From: Marsupella aquatica
Taxonomy: Eukaryota > Plantae > Marchantiophyta
DNA: 64,000 bases
NCBI GenBank assembly: GCA_973895155.1
Contig: OZ316891.1
Span: 23,931,899-23,995,898, forward strand
Reading direction: 5' to 3'
Each line of letters starts with the position of its first letter. The first letter of the stretch is position 1. This document shows positions 36,931 to 50,394 of this stretch, in pieces. Both the position numbers and the translations under genes were made by a program. Below the pieces are notes generated by a model. That model was not told the origin of the DNA. It did not search any database and was given only the letters and a program-made list of their open reading frames with translations.

Positions 36931-38685
36931 GAATCACCCAAGTGGTTTGAGACTGGTGGGTGCTGAATGGTGTTTGACCGTAAATTTCAGAATCCCCAGG
37001 CCAGGCTAAAATTCAGTACCTAGTCAATACTAATTATTTTAATCTATCTGACCCTTTCTTAAGACCGGGGCACTTTACAAAAAGGGGTGGACGAAAAGAG
37101 AGGTAGCTTGCGTTCTAACATACTTGATCCACAGGTCAATTTGGACTATCGTCTGACCGGCCAGAAAGGTAGTGCATTTAATATTGTACCATCTTCACCC
37201 TATACTTTCCATTTTTGAATCTGGCTATAATATCCAACAAAAGAGTGTTAGCTTTGTCACACTTTTCTAGCTAAGATGTTGCCAGTAGTTTGGCCAAAAT
37301 GGGTATGGGTATGGTTAATTGACATCAAATTATTACATGATAGATGGCCCTTTTGACTTTGGAAGAAGCTTTGGAAATGAGTTATGTAAAACACTCAAAG
37401 GGTTAATTTTGATAGTGGAGTTTAGTTGTAGACTTTGTAGGGGACTACTTAAGGAGTAGGGGTTCACTTTCTAGTGAATAAATATCTTAGGATATAGAGG
37501 GAATTTATTATGAATTTGAGGTAAGAGTGAAGGACCTCCACTAATATTGTTGTCTTAGGGTAATGTCAATGGTAATTAAATGAGAAGTTGATTTATTGGG
37601 AGGGCGGGTCCCACTCTGCAGTAAGATCCCTACTCCCGCCCGGCTCCGCGCGGCACAGAGTCTTTACATTTGTTCGCATCATGTTGGTTTCGGTTTCTTG
37701 ACTCTTTGCCTTAGGCTCATTCTCGCATTCTTAGTTTGATCTGCAGTGCCCGTCGCAAGTCTCACCCTGAACCGCCTCACGTCTTGGCTTAATCGTTGGT
37801 GAACTCATTCTTCAAATGTTGGACGGATTTGCATGATAGAATCGAAGTTTGGAGTGGGACAGACAAGGTGATCATACCGCCCGCTTTGGAAGTTGTAAAC
37901 TCGGTGATTTCCAGGACCTCAGCAAGAAAGGAAATCGAGGTTGCCATCTATTTGAATTGTTGTGGTGCTGAAGTAGAGTCAGCAGACGAATCAGTGACTT
38001 GCAGCAAGACTGCAGGAGCAACAACTTATTCATTGCTCAGGTTTTTAGTCGCAACCCTGTTAACTTCACCGCCCTCGCAGTCGCAACCCTGTTAACTTCT
38101 GTTGTCGCGCCTGGTCAATGCGTGTCAAGTTTCTTTAACTTCTTGTTGTGGTCTATTCGCGTGTAAGTCTGTCATCCTGGACTCGAAGCAGAGTTAGATG
38201 GAGTAGTACTGCTTTGGACCATGGCTGATGGATGTCATTTCATGCTGTCTGTCCGTGACCTTGAAGGTGTGAGGGGTTTACGATGCAAGCTCCTTGGTTT
38301 GAAGACTTCAAGATTCTCCTCGACTCAGCAGGTATCAACGCCTTTGGTTTCTTTTTATTGCATGTGATGCCATGGATTTAAATTCTGTATCATCTCCTAG
38401 AAGTGGTTCAATCACTGCCAGTTACACGAGAAGGTTAGCATGAAGTGAGAATGTGACAATGAATATAATCGTGAGTACGTGCTACTCTCCATATACAGCA
38501 AAAATGATGAGAGGGAATGAAACACTATGTTCAAATTTGAGCTTGGCAATGTGCAGTCCCACTTACGTGATCAAATTGAAGCAAAAATTCAGTAGCTTCG
38601 TCGCGCTGATTCAACTTTGAGGTGTGTTGTACTGCATGTCATTGTGGTCCGGTAAGGTGAGAGTCTTTTAAGTTTATTGGCAAAG

Positions 38686-41600
38686 ATGAGTGCCAATCGT
38701 GTAGGCTTTGGACAGTCTCGGCTATTCAGAGACTTCCGAAGGAGTGATCTTCAGTTGCATATTAGGGATGACAAATTATGGCGTCGACAACTGGCTGCTT
38801 GTAGGTCTGCAAGTATAGGGAAGATAAAGTGCCCTTGCACCATTTGCAACTGTAGGGGTAACCGTGTGAGTGTTCACACAGTCAAGAAGCACCTGTTACT
38901 GTACTCCCGACATCCATCTCAGCGACATTGGTGGGGAGATGAATGTGACACATCAGATGAGGAGTGGAATGAACACTTATGCGAGGTCAATCCTCCATCA
39001 GAGGGTAGCAATATAGATACTGGAGCTATAGGAGGGTCTGTCATTGATGTAACCTGTGATATGGAAATTCCCCGGTTGTTGGAGGATTTGGCATTGCCAG
39101 TGGAAAACCATCCAAGTGATCCTGTAGATGAAAGTCCTTCGAGGGAAAATCCAGAGAGAAGTGGGGAAGAGATGTTTAATATGGATGAGCTCTTGGAGTC
39201 CACAACTTCCACACCTCAGGAGCAGACTAGTCAAGAGGAGTGTTGGGATCAAGAGTCAGAAGAAAGAATGATGAATGCCTTTACAGAGGCATGTGCGCCT
39301 CTATATGAGGGGTGCAATACTTCCCAGCTGTCCTTTGTATTGACCTTTCTGAACACCTGCCATAACAACGGGTTTACTAACTCAGGTGTTGATGAGCTTC
39401 TTTCCTTGATGGCAAAACACACTATGCCATCAAAGCATTTGCTTCCTAAGAATCTGTACGCATGTAAGAAGCTCATTGGTCATCTTGGATTAGATTATGT
39501 CAAAATCCATGCTTGTGAGGATGGGTGTGTTTTGTTCAGAAAGGATTTATTAGAGTGCGATCACTGTCCAACCTGCAAAAAACCTAGGTACAAGCAGGTT
39601 GGGCAGTCAAAGCAGGCAGTCAAAGTTCTCCGTCACTTTCCCCTCATACCAAGACTGAGACGCATGTATAGATGTAAAGCCATTTCGGAGCTCATGACCT
39701 GGCATGCAGACAATAAGAGCAAGGATGGAAAGGTCCGTCACGTAGCAGATTCAAGGGCTTGGGCAGAAATTGAAGCTAATATAGATGATACTTTTGAGAG
39801 TGAGCCACGGAATGTTCATCTTGGATTAGCCTTGGATGGTGTAAACCCGTTTGGTGAGAACAATCTAAAGCATTCCACATGGCCCGTAATGTTATTAAAT
39901 TACAATTTACCTCCCTGGTTGTCTACTAAGAAGTTTTTTATTATGCTGTCTTTACTGATTCCTGGACCTGAATCTGTAACTGATCGTAACATAGATATCT
40001 ACATGGCCCCACTAATAGAAGAGCTTTCAGAGCTCTGGAAAGGAGTCAAGTGCTTTGATGCACTAGATAGGCCGGGTAAACAAAAGTGGTTTACACTGAG
40101 GGCCATTCTATTATGGACAGTGAATGACTATCCAGCTTTGGGCCTCATTTCTGGTCAAGTGACCAAAGGATACCATGGTTGTGTAGTGTGTGGACCCAAT
40201 GTCACTTGTAGAAGGTCCCAGTCTCTATCAAAAAATGTGTTCCCTGGAAGCCGTAGATGGCTGGAGGCCAATCACAAGTATCGTACTCCTGACTATGCTG
40301 CAAAGTTTGATGGAAAGATAGAGTCACGAGGCCCTCCCCCCAGGATGACATGCGAGCTAAAGCTGGCTTATGCTGCTGAAGTTGAAGAGTTTCTGAAAAA
40401 AGAAGGGGCCAAGCAAGGAAGCAAGCACTGCCCATCAAAGCTCCATGGAGTCAAGAGGAAACAGGGTCTTGCCGTGCTGCCATATTGGACTGTGAGTTAT
40501 CACTTTACCTTTTCTTATCTCTCTTATTTAAACTAGTTATCTACAAGACTCTTTCGTGTGGAAGTTTGAATTGAACAGCTATTCATCAGTTTTGCTCGAG
40601 CACATTCTTGGTCTTTGTGAGGGAACAGGCCCACAGTGTTTAATTACAGTGTGTAATGTGCTAAGTCGCATAGATGTTTGGCAATCTCTTAGCTGGCAGG
40701 CAGTCTGGCTCTTGGATTGATTGTGGGGGCTGCGAGGACAGGCATCTGTAGAATTGGGTCTTTGCCTAGTCGGCTCTTCAGTTAGTTCTCCAAGGGTCTC
40801 TTACCCCTGCTTTGATGACCTGGTACTTTTTGGGTTTTTAGTATTTGTTTTTGTGTAGGCATGTGCAAATGAATGAATCAAACGATTAGAATATATTGTT
40901 TTGTTTTAAGATTGTAGTATGCGTAAATTAATGTTTGAACTAGCAAGATATGATTAATAATGCTTTGTAGTAGTTCTCGATGCTACCTACAACCGTTTGA
41001 AGGGCTGCCTGCAAAACTTTAGAATCTAAATTAAAATCTAATTCATTCTGATAAGCAGTAAGGGCCTGTCGTATGATTCCTCCTTTCCTGGTCATCATAG
41101 TGCCCTTTCTATTTCTTGTGGTGCCGTCCAAGGCCAGGAACCACGATGTAGAGTCGCTTATCTTACGGGTCATGTTGCCTCAATCTGCTATCGCTACCTG
41201 TCCACTTCACTTCCTTGGAAAGACTAAGATAACTTTAAAAACCCATAGAGTTTGCTCAAAACCCTACAATTTTGTTACTAACAGAACTGTTTCTTCATTA
41301 GTATTCTAAATTGTATTCTAAATTAGTCGACTCTGGCCACTGCAATTGGGACGGGAAAATTTTGGGAAGAGCCCACTACCAATCGTTGTTTTTTATTATG
41401 GCAGGGGAGCCACAATGGCCAGAGTCAGTTTATTTTTCTTTGTATCCGTCGCCTATGCATTTCGAAGGTAGATGAATCTATTTGGCCACAAGAAATGACT
41501 GGTCAAGACTTTGCTCTCATGTTTATAACTTGTTACTCATGTTCTATTATATCTGGCGCGCAGAAACTTCTGATCAATCATGTCCTTGATCCAATGCACA

Positions 41601-43521
41601 CGGAGAAAAACATTGCGCAATCTTATCCACACAACTTCTGGGAAGAAGGACACTGCTGCTGTCCGGAATGATATGCAAGCTGAAGGTGTTCATGAGCAAT
41701 TGTGGATGAAGCCTCATCCAAACCAGAAAAAAGATCACTTTGTGAAACCCAAGGCACCATATGTCATGAGCAAATCAGAGCTCACACAATTTCTGGGAAC
41801 CTTGAAGTGTCTGAAAGTTCCCACAGACTTTGGCAGCTCATTAGCTAAGTGTGTGCGGCCTAGCAATAAGCTGGCAGGTATGAAATCTCACGATTATCAT
41901 TGCCTAATGCAGCAGATCCTTCCATTGGCATTGAGGAATTTGATGGACAAGGGACCCCGATTGGCCATTGTGAGTGTGTGCAGAGTTTGGCGTAAGATTT
42001 GCTGTAAAGTTTGGGACCCTACAACAAAGGATGCGTTGATGAAAGATGTAGCACAAACACTCTGTGCTTTGGAAATGCATTTCCCTTCGTCCTTTTTTGA
42101 TGTTATGACTCATCTCATGGTGCATATAGTGGAAGAGTTGGACATTTGTGGGCCTGTATCACAAAGATGGATGTATCCAGTTGAGCGATACCTCAAGAAT
42201 CTGAAGGGTTTTGTACGGAACAAGGCACGACCAGAGGCATCAATGGCAGAAGGATACATTCTCGAAGAGGCTTTAGGATTTGTGACAGAGTATATGGTAG
42301 ACTGCCAATCTACAAGGAGGCGTGTTTGGGATGCTGAAGAGGAGGAAGGAGTTAAAGGGGTGGTGTTGGAAGGGGCCTCATGCAAAGTCACTCTGACTGT
42401 GGTAGATCGAGATGCTGCTCATACATACTACCTACAGAATAATTTGTTGGTAACACCATGGTTGAGGTAAATTGTTACTTGCGCAACTATTATTTATGAC
42501 ACACTTTGTAACTTGCTGATAATTATTCAGATATTGTAATTAGTGGTTGATATTGTACGTTTTTGGATTGGTTTGCAGGCTCTATGAGAATGCAGAGGAA
42601 GAGAGAAGAAGACAGAGGGAAGCTTTTGTCCAACAAAATAACCAGACACGGCCTCCACACAGGCGTAGAGCAGCAACTTATCCTCAAGAATTGGAGGGAA
42701 TTCCCTTTGGGGTTTGGTTTAGGAATGAGATTTCCGAAGCTAACCTTGATGATGATGAAAACAAGTTGTTGTTGACGGCTATTTCCTTTCCCCCAAGCCA
42801 GCATGGTTTGACGTATACTTCAATGAAGGCTTATGGAAATCATTACAGGGTAATGCGCTGTAAAGGAAGGGATGGTAGTTGGCGTGAGCTATCCCATCTT
42901 AGGGACACAGATTGTCAAGGGTACGCTACATTTGACAGTGGGTTGGCCACCACTTTCCACGAGCAGAGAAGGGATCAGTCAGGAGTTGCTTTGGCTAAGC
43001 AAACCTACGTTGGGGTTCTCACCCAGATTCTTAAACTTGACTATGGACCACTATTGCGTTTAGAACCAGCCATTATCCTCAAGGCAAAATGGGTCCGGTC
43101 AAAGTGGGGACCAGACAATACTGGTCCATCTATGAAACATGATGAAACTGGTCTCTGGCTGGCCAACTTTAACATGCCTTATCCTGCAGCCGAGAAGTTA
43201 GACTATGTCTTGCCTGGTCAAGTTGAGCAAGTTTTCTTCTATCCTAACGAGGCTAGAACCTCATGGAGGCATGTCCTTCATAAGGAGGGAAGGTCTCGTA
43301 GAGTTGTTGAGGGTATCTATGATGTTGAATACAATGATCTTGTAGACCATCACGAGGTAGTTGAAGCGGAGCTTGTTGCAGCTGCTAACCGAGCTGTGCC
43401 ATTGGAGGAAGGAGAGAGCTTAGTCGCTCAGCAAACAGTTGCAAGGGTGACAGATGAATCAGTTGAAGAGATAATACAGGATGATGTTTGGGAAGATGAG
43501 GAAGATTCTGAGGAAGAGTAA
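38686..43521 (+). pseudogene. CACTA-2 TnpD transposase, 3 exons (about 38686-40491, 41564-42466, 42579-43521), one frameshift near 41618
   Basis: CPCTIC; HACEDGC; HVADSRAW; LALDGVNPFG; WTVNDYPALG; DPMHTEKN; GMKSHDYH; RWMYPVERYLKNLKGFVRNKARPEASMAEGY; QVEQVFFYP. Intron positions match CACTA-1. Confidence 0.95.
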
Positions 43522-43888
43522 CCGTGTGGCTATGTTGGTAGTGTGTGGATGCAGAACTCAAGTGATTCGGTCTTGGATTCGGCTGATGAGTCCCCAGAAG
43601 AGTCAAATGCTGAACTCACGGCCTATGAGTTGGAGAGATTGAGGAACATAAAAGCAAACAACGCCTTCATTGCAGCTGTGATTGGAAAATCTGCGGCAGA
43701 TTTGAACAGGTCTTGAATATATAGTCCCTCCCAACTTTGGTAGTCCACCTTATGTCAATCTTTATATGATTAACATTAGAGTAGAATTTGAATGCGTCCA
43801 GTGGCCTGGGAATTGCTATTGGCATTGTTAAATAATGTGGCCTTTGAAAATTTGCATGAATGACATTAATTAACATTAGTTTGGGTTG

Positions 43889-46800
43889 ATGAAAGGCAGT
43901 TCAGAAGGTGTGGGAAGAAGCAAAACAAAACGTGTTTATAGAAAGAAACCAGCGCAATTGCAGGTACCTTCTCTACCAACAAGGAAGAGTGCAAGGCAGC
44001 AAGCGATGAACATACCAACTATGGCAGACAACGGCTCAGATATTGAGGGCAGTGAGCGGTCAGAAGGTACACCTTACAGTGACTCTGAGAATGAGGGAGG
44101 CGCCGACTGGGGGAATTGTGACGACGAGATAACCATTGGGGACAAACAACGCGCAGGGGTACGTGTCTAATTAATTTTTCATTTTTTTGCTGTGCTGTGA
44201 AGGACACCAATTATGGTGCTATATCTTACTAATATATGAAATATGTCCGCAACTTATAAGAATATTGAAGATATTTAGTAAATGTACTGATTGTTGACTG
44301 TATATTGTTTCAGGCTGTCTCACACACCTCTGCTAAGTATTATAAAGATCCCATCACGGGAGTTGTCAGCTTGCGTAAGTTTCCACCTATACTAGCTTCT
44401 TTACATTAGCTATGTATGAATTTGAATATGACACAGCCTATGATTGTGATTGAATGTAAAATATGATGGGATGACCATGGCTGTTAATTACTTGTCAATG
44501 TACGTTGCAAGGCTTAATGCCAAGTTCAAGTCAGGGTTCAAGTATATTGGTGGCAAATTCTAAGTCTGAACTAAGATGTAAATCTTTGATATTGTAGTGA
44601 CCCCTATCCCTCAGGGAAGTGCTATGATGGCCAGTGCAAGTGGACCGTCCCAACAGTCAATTATGCGGCAGATGTCTCGAGCTGCAAAGAAACATTGGGT
44701 GGATCACACAGCTGAGCGAAGTAAAATGGGCATGAAGAAAGCAAGTATTCAGGTATCATGCCAACTTTAATTCAAACTCTTCTAGCAGATCAACATAGGA
44801 TCAAAATAGGATGCTTGCCAATTTTTAAATAGAGGTTGGAAACAGCCCCGACCTTTATCCTACTGACAGCATCGGTTAGTTTGAATCAATCACAATCGAC
44901 AATGATGTCTCGTGTGCAGATTTGGAATGACGATATTGATGCAAGTGACCAGTTCCGGGGACGTTGGGCAGACGACCTTCGTGCAGCTTGTGTTGGCAGA
45001 CTCGACCCTTCCGTGCGTAACATTGCTAAGCAAGACAAGGACATTATTATCCATTTGTATGATGTGATGGCTACTAATTGGCAGTATGTAGGGGGGACTT
45101 TGTCTGAGAAGAAGTTCAGGTCCCACTTGTCAAAAATAATGAAGGCTCAACGTGCAAAACTTCACAAGCATTTTCAAGCGATTGGGAAGCGCTTGGACAA
45201 GAAGCCTCCTGAAAATGTCAAGCCTGAGCAATGGAAAACACTTTGTGAGTGGTGGTTGTCCCCAGAAGGACTAACCAACATTCAGAAAATGACTAGAGCG
45301 AGAGCAGAAGTGAAGAATCCATCTAAAGTTGGACGAGGTGGCCATCGTGGGAGGGAGGCAATTTATGTGAGTGTGCTAACCCTTATGACATGATCATCTT
45401 TCAGTTTGTGCCATACATTCTCTGAGTGTGCTGATAAATGTTTGATTGCATTATTGTGCTGATAGTTGTTCCTGCCTTTTTCAGAAGAGGCAGAGAGGTC
45501 ATAGCCCAGGTCTATCAGACCTTCGACCTAATCCTTTTGATGACAAAGCAAATGGTTTGGGTTGGAGGTCAGATGTAAGCCCATCCTTGGCAAGTACTAA
45601 GTCCATCCTTGGTACACCTGCTCACCAGCTAGGGAGGAACTCAATCGTGAGTTTCTTTCTCTTCCTTTCCATATTGTAAGTACACCTGTCTCGGGTAATA
45701 TTTTAAGAGGACACAAAGTGGCTGTATATGGCTAATTTTTTTACTCACTGTGGTTTTCCAGACACCTGTATCCAACCTTGTAGTTGAGCGAAATGATGAA
45801 GTGATTTGTGAGAAAATAACCAGTTCTATCAATACTACTTTAGCTGCTGGGTTGGCACTGGTGGCTAAGACAATTGCAGAGAGCTTGGGAAATTACCAGC
45901 AACATATGAGTGTTTTGCATCAGAAGGAGACATCTCATGTAGGAGGGGTAGGTATCAATATTGAAGCTTCCCAAGAGGGGGGTGGTGGACCTGGAGCACT
46001 TGGTACGTCAAGCCTACCCACTTCCACAATTAAGGCTGCATCGGGCACTTCAGCACCAAAGAGTTCTGCAATGAAGTTGAATTTTGTGGATCTGTCCAAA
46101 GAGGGTATGTCTGTCTAATTTGTACTCTAAGCTAGGTCATGACCATTTGCTCTGGGTGATCGAAAATTAAGAGCTTAATTTTGTAAAATCATTGTAATGC
46201 AAATGATTTGTAAAAGCATTTCGATCATCTGAAAAATTGAATAATATATGTCCATGTCGGTGAGGAAGGTGCGGAGCAGAAAGACCTGATGGACAATGCG
46301 GAGTATAGTCACTCTGTGACTGTAAAGCAGGAGGTCTTAGATGATCCCACAAAGGTCCTTATCTCCAGTTCACCTCAACTAACTCCTAAGACAGGCAAGG
46401 GCCGAAAACCTAAAGGAAAGGTAAGGTTTGTGTGCTGCACTCAACTATCTCATAGTATAGATGCAAACTTTGTGACAAGGTGCTTAGCGCAGGGGCTCAG
46501 GAATTGTGTACATTCAAAGTTTTCTCAGGCCTGTGTTCTTACAAATTAGCTCTATGTCTTGTACGTGGATGGTGGATGTTCGAGTGGAATATGCACAGTA
46601 TGTAGAATTTTTTTCAGTCCAATATATATGCACACCTGACTCTATGCTCTCAGTCTAAGTTTGTCTAATTTTTCATTTGATCAGATGCCAAAGGTGGGAA
46701 TCATGCAGGCTCTTGAAGAGGGCAATGAAACAATCTCAGAACACCCAACCCCTTCAAGACCTCTAAGTACGGATGTTCTGAAGTCAGCGTCTTCACCAAC

Positions 46801-47287
46801 TGTGTTGAAGGTGACAATCTTCATAGATTTCTCCTTTTCTAAATTAATTACTATCATTTTGCATCTGTTCACTATCCTGCATTATGCATGATTCACTTAG
46901 CAGTGATTACATCCCTTGAAATGGCGCGCATCAGTATTGTTGCAAGCCAAGGGTTCATTGGCACCGCAGATTAAAAATATGGTCTCTCATTAAATTAGCC
47001 GTAATATATTGATTTACTGCTGGCAGTTCAAGATTGGGGACGTGGTGAAATTGAAGTCCCCAGTGGACTCTCGGGTTGTTGCTCTTGCAACAGTGCAGGG
47101 AGTCTGGGGGCAAGATTTTTACAATGGCAATGAAATTCCACCAGGACATTTGATCGTGATTGCAAATGAGGTGTTTGAACAGGATGCACCTCTACTTGAG
47201 AAAGAGCATCCAAACTCTCAGGTCAAATTTCTGAAGGATGTGGGCGACAGACATTTCTTGTGGTACCAGAAGTTGATGAGGAAGTAG
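43889..47287 (+). CDS. CACTA-2 TnpA-like multi-exon gene (exon limits approximate)
   Basis: Exon 44836..45393 (QRAKLHKHF..PPENVKPEQWKTLCEWWLS..VGRGG) and terminal exon VVALATVQG..GHLIVIANEVFEQDAPL; multiple GT-AG introns. Confidence 0.8.
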
Positions 47288-48237
47288 CAAGGAGTTGTTT
47301 TTTGATAGAATGTAGTGACTTGAGCTCTTTGGTTCAAGCTCGAGTAGTTTTGATGCACAAGCTGAGTTGGCCAATAGACTTGTTTTGTGATTAGTTCATC
47401 CAGGAAATACTTTACTGTGATTCTGAACAGTCGATCACCTGTACATTGGAGGTGAAATGAAGTCTACAGTCTCTATGCAGAATTTTATATTCATTCAATG
47501 GCTTTTTGTGTATATTTGCAATGTATATATCCTCTTGCAGTTGATTTCTAAGACATGTCTTTCTAGCTAGACAATTTGTCAGGATGATTGGAAATAGGAC
47601 CAATTGGGAGAATTGGTCCAATTATGAAATGACACAAAGGACTAACTAAATAACTTCCATGAAGTCATAAATGACTGAGCAGAAAAGACTCAAATATTGG
47701 TAATATAAGACATCAACAAAATCACTCCGATAGTAGTCATTATAAACATGTCCTAAATAACTACAATTATCTCCACGTGTACCCTACTAGGAATTAAGCT
47801 ATCAAAGTGTCACCTGTTGGCTGCTGGGATGATATAAAGGAGACACGTGTCCACTTGTAATTTGGTTTGTGTGGCTCAGACCTTCCACGTGTCTAAATGC
47901 TATTTGATGGCTTTAGACACATGTCGTTTCCTTATTTGATGAGTCATAACACAATTCAACTCTGATTTTAAGTTATTTAAGACCATCAGTTCTTTTTAAC
48001 GAAACACAATTCAACTAAGATTTTGAGTTATTTAAGACCGTCAGTCTCCCAATGGACGGTGTCATAAACAACCTGCAATTTGCAGTTGTTGATAAAAACA
48101 ACTCTATGTCCAAAAGGACTACTATACCAAAGCGACTTGCCTTTGTGAACTCAAATGAATGAGTTGTAAATTGTCCCAAACCACTCATAAGCTAGTCATT
48201 TTTTCAGTAATAAAAACATCATTTCCTTCTAGTGGAA

Positions 48238-49773
48238 GAGGCCGCCCTGGCTAAGGAAAAGGATTTACCAGGAGGAGATTGGCCGGAGGACATCAGGCGG
48301 CTAGCCGAAAAAGGAAGCAAACCTCTAGCCACGATTGAAGAGATCCGCAGGACGGCGTGGGAGCAGAGGCCACGATGGGCGATGCCGATCACTTCTACTT
48401 ACTCCACCTACGCTAAGAATAGAGCCATGGAGTATGGTGAGATGTGTGGGGAACTTGCGCTCGGCATCTTTGGAGAGGAGTTGGAGGTAGGACCCTTTTT
48501 TCACAGGGAGCAGTTGGAGAAGCACCAATTAGAAGAAGCGGTGGCTTTAGAGAGAAGCAAGAAGGACGAGGTCATTCGGCGGCTTAGGAGGATGGAAGCC
48601 GAGATTGAAAATCTAAGGGCGGCCAAGAAAGCCCAAGATGAACTGCGGATTAAACGACATGAGCTGAACATCATGCAGGGGCAGTTGGACGCCGTGCAGG
48701 CTGATAATCAGAATATCAAGGATAAACTGACTCAGACGCAGGAAGAGTTGGCCGACACGATCAAAGAGAGGGAGAAGTGGAAGCAAGAGCTGAAGAATAC
48801 AGAGGAGGCCCACATAACAGCCAACAGCCGGGCCATGGCGGAGACCCAAAGAAAGGAATGGGCGTTGAAAGGGGAGCTCGAGAAAATCCACGGAGCCCTT
48901 GAGCAGAAGGAGGTCGAGTTAGGGAAATCCTATCAAGGGATTATGGCGCTGCAGCAGGAGCTTGCGTCCCTGACGGCCAGCTTCAAGGCCGACCTAAGGG
49001 AGAAGGACGAGATGCTCGAACAGACTTACGCCAAGATGAACCAGATGGAGTCTGTCATCATTGCAGAGCTCGACAAGGAGCTAAGAGCAACCCAGGAGGA
49101 GAGGGCTACCTTGAAGAAGGAATTGGAGGAAGCCCACAGGGAGCAGGAGGAGGCCAAAAACGAGCTGGAGGGGGCACGTAAGGACCTGGATGAAACCCAA
49201 GAGGAGTTGGAGGAAATCACGAGGAAGATGGAGAACCTACAGCGGCGGGCCGACAACCAAACAGAGCGGCTGAAGAAACAAGCCGCAGTATTTAAATGCT
49301 TAGCTGCAGCAGGTCCATCTCCCGTTGGGACAAACCAGTTACCAGGGGTGGTAATTGCCGAAGGACAAGCCGCGTCAACTGCACCAGTGCCGGAAGTAAG
49401 TGGGAAGGGGAAGGGACCAGCTGCCGAGCCACCAACGAAGAAGAAGCGGAAACCTCCAGGGTCAAGGAGTAATACGACTTCACAGGCCGTGGTGATCAAG
49501 GAGGTAGACCCAGCACCGACCCCAGACAGGGTCACGGCTAAGGATCCAACTACCCTAGGGGAAGGGGAGGCCGAAGCCGTGGGAGTGGCTGAGGCCGAAG
49601 CCGTGGGTATTGCCGAGGCCGGTGTCGAGGCTGAAGCCGAAGGTGGACCCAGTCAGGCCGATGGAGAGTTGACTCGGTCAAGGGCAGGTAATCTGTCAGT
49701 AGGCGGGCCAACGGCAGTGGCTGAGGAGGAAGTGTTGGGGGCGTCCATTGAGGATCCACCACCGGTGTCGTGA
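48238..49773 (+). CDS. Unit B ORF, C-terminal part: long coiled coil plus low-complexity tail
   Basis: It joins in frame to 31981 after removing CACTA-2 and one TSD (KQEE-EAALAKEK). It has about 260 aa of E/K/L/Q-rich heptads and a KKKRK NLS-like motif. Confidence 0.75.
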   Translation, partial: EAALAKEKDLPGGDWPEDIRRLAEKGSKPLATIEEIRRTAWEQRPRWAMPITSTYSTYAKNRAMEYGEMCGELALGIFGEELEVGPFFHREQLEKHQLEEAVALERSKKDEVIRRLRRMEAEIENLRAAKKAQDELRIKRHELNIMQGQLDAVQADNQNIKDKLTQTQEELADTIKEREKWKQELKNTEEAHITANSRAMAETQRKEWALKGELEKIHGALEQKEVELGKSYQGIMALQQELASLTASFKADLREKDEMLEQTYAKMNQMESVIIAELDKELRATQEERATLKKELEEAHREQEEAKNELEGARKDLDETQEELEEITRKMENLQRRADNQTERLKKQAAVFKCLAAAGPSPVGTNQLPGVVIAEGQAASTAPVPEVSGKGKGPAAEPPTKKKRKPPGSRSNTTSQAVVIKEVDPAPTPDRVTAKDPTTLGEGEAEAVGVAEAEAVGIAEAGVEAEAEGGPSQADGELTRSRAGNLSVGGPTAVAEEEVLGASIEDPPPVS

Positions 49774-50394
49774 CGGTGCAAGGGCGCCGTTCCTTTTAGG
49801 GAGGGCGGACGTGGAGGGAGGAGGCGTGAGTGGGCAGGGCGGGCGCGGATCTCCACGTTTAGGATTAGGATCAGAACCAGGAGCGGCCCTGACACTTAGC
49901 TTAGTGGGATTGCGGTTCCACTGGTAAGAGCAACACTTGTGCTCCTGCCTTGCTGTACATAGGTAGATTCGAGCAAGTAGATTACTGTCAGGTAGATTAG
50001 GCTTACGATGCAAAGAATGGCGGATCCACTACCAGGATAAGTACCTGGGCAGCAGGGAGCTCAGGGCCTCTTCTTTAGCAAGTTTTTAGTTTGCACCAGC
50101 CGGGCTGGGATCAAGTAGTACGAGAAGCTCTCGGTTAGTCATACAGTGACCCTTGTGTATATTCATGTTTCCTCATGCCTAAGAGCTGAATAGAGTTGGT
50201 CTCACGGCTTAGTTCGCAGAACTTGTGTATGAGATGTACTGTTTGTATGGCAAGTGCATGGTATGACTCAGTCAGAATGAGTCATTTTGCTATTTGTGTG
50301 TCGCATTAACTTGTGTGAAGAGTGCCCACATCAACAGAAGGAAGGAAAGTAAGCAGGGGAGTGATAGTTGGATGTGTCGAGCTGAGAGAGGTCT

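Larger units (their letters stand above)
31982..48234 (+). mobile_element. CACTA-2 (En/Spm) element, 16253 bp
   Basis: Perfect 14-bp TIR CACTAGAAGGAAAT / ATTTCCTTCTAGTG. TSD GAA at 31979-81 and 48235-37. The subterminal regions carry ACAACT/AGTTGT and ATGACT motifs. Confidence 0.97.
29816..50394 (+). mobile_element. LTR-like unit B (about 4.3 kb without CACTA-2) containing one long ORF; possible solo LTR
   Basis: Starts TGTGATGCC and ends ..GAGAGGTCT(TA). No gag, pol, PBS or terminal direct repeat is seen. Its start is homologous to 58910-59514. Confidence 0.7.

Noticed and set aside
35877-37009. Three repeated 90-aa ORFs as a tandem gene cluster
   Set aside because: They have non-ATG starts and no domain, and are explained by the 466-bp tandem repeat.
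40616-41489. Solo LTR (TG..CA) inside the TnpD intron
   Set aside because: No matching TSD was found at the candidate ends.
48232-49773. Host SMC/myosin-like gene
   Set aside because: No ATPase or motor motifs; it is the in-frame continuation of the unit B ORF across CACTA-2.
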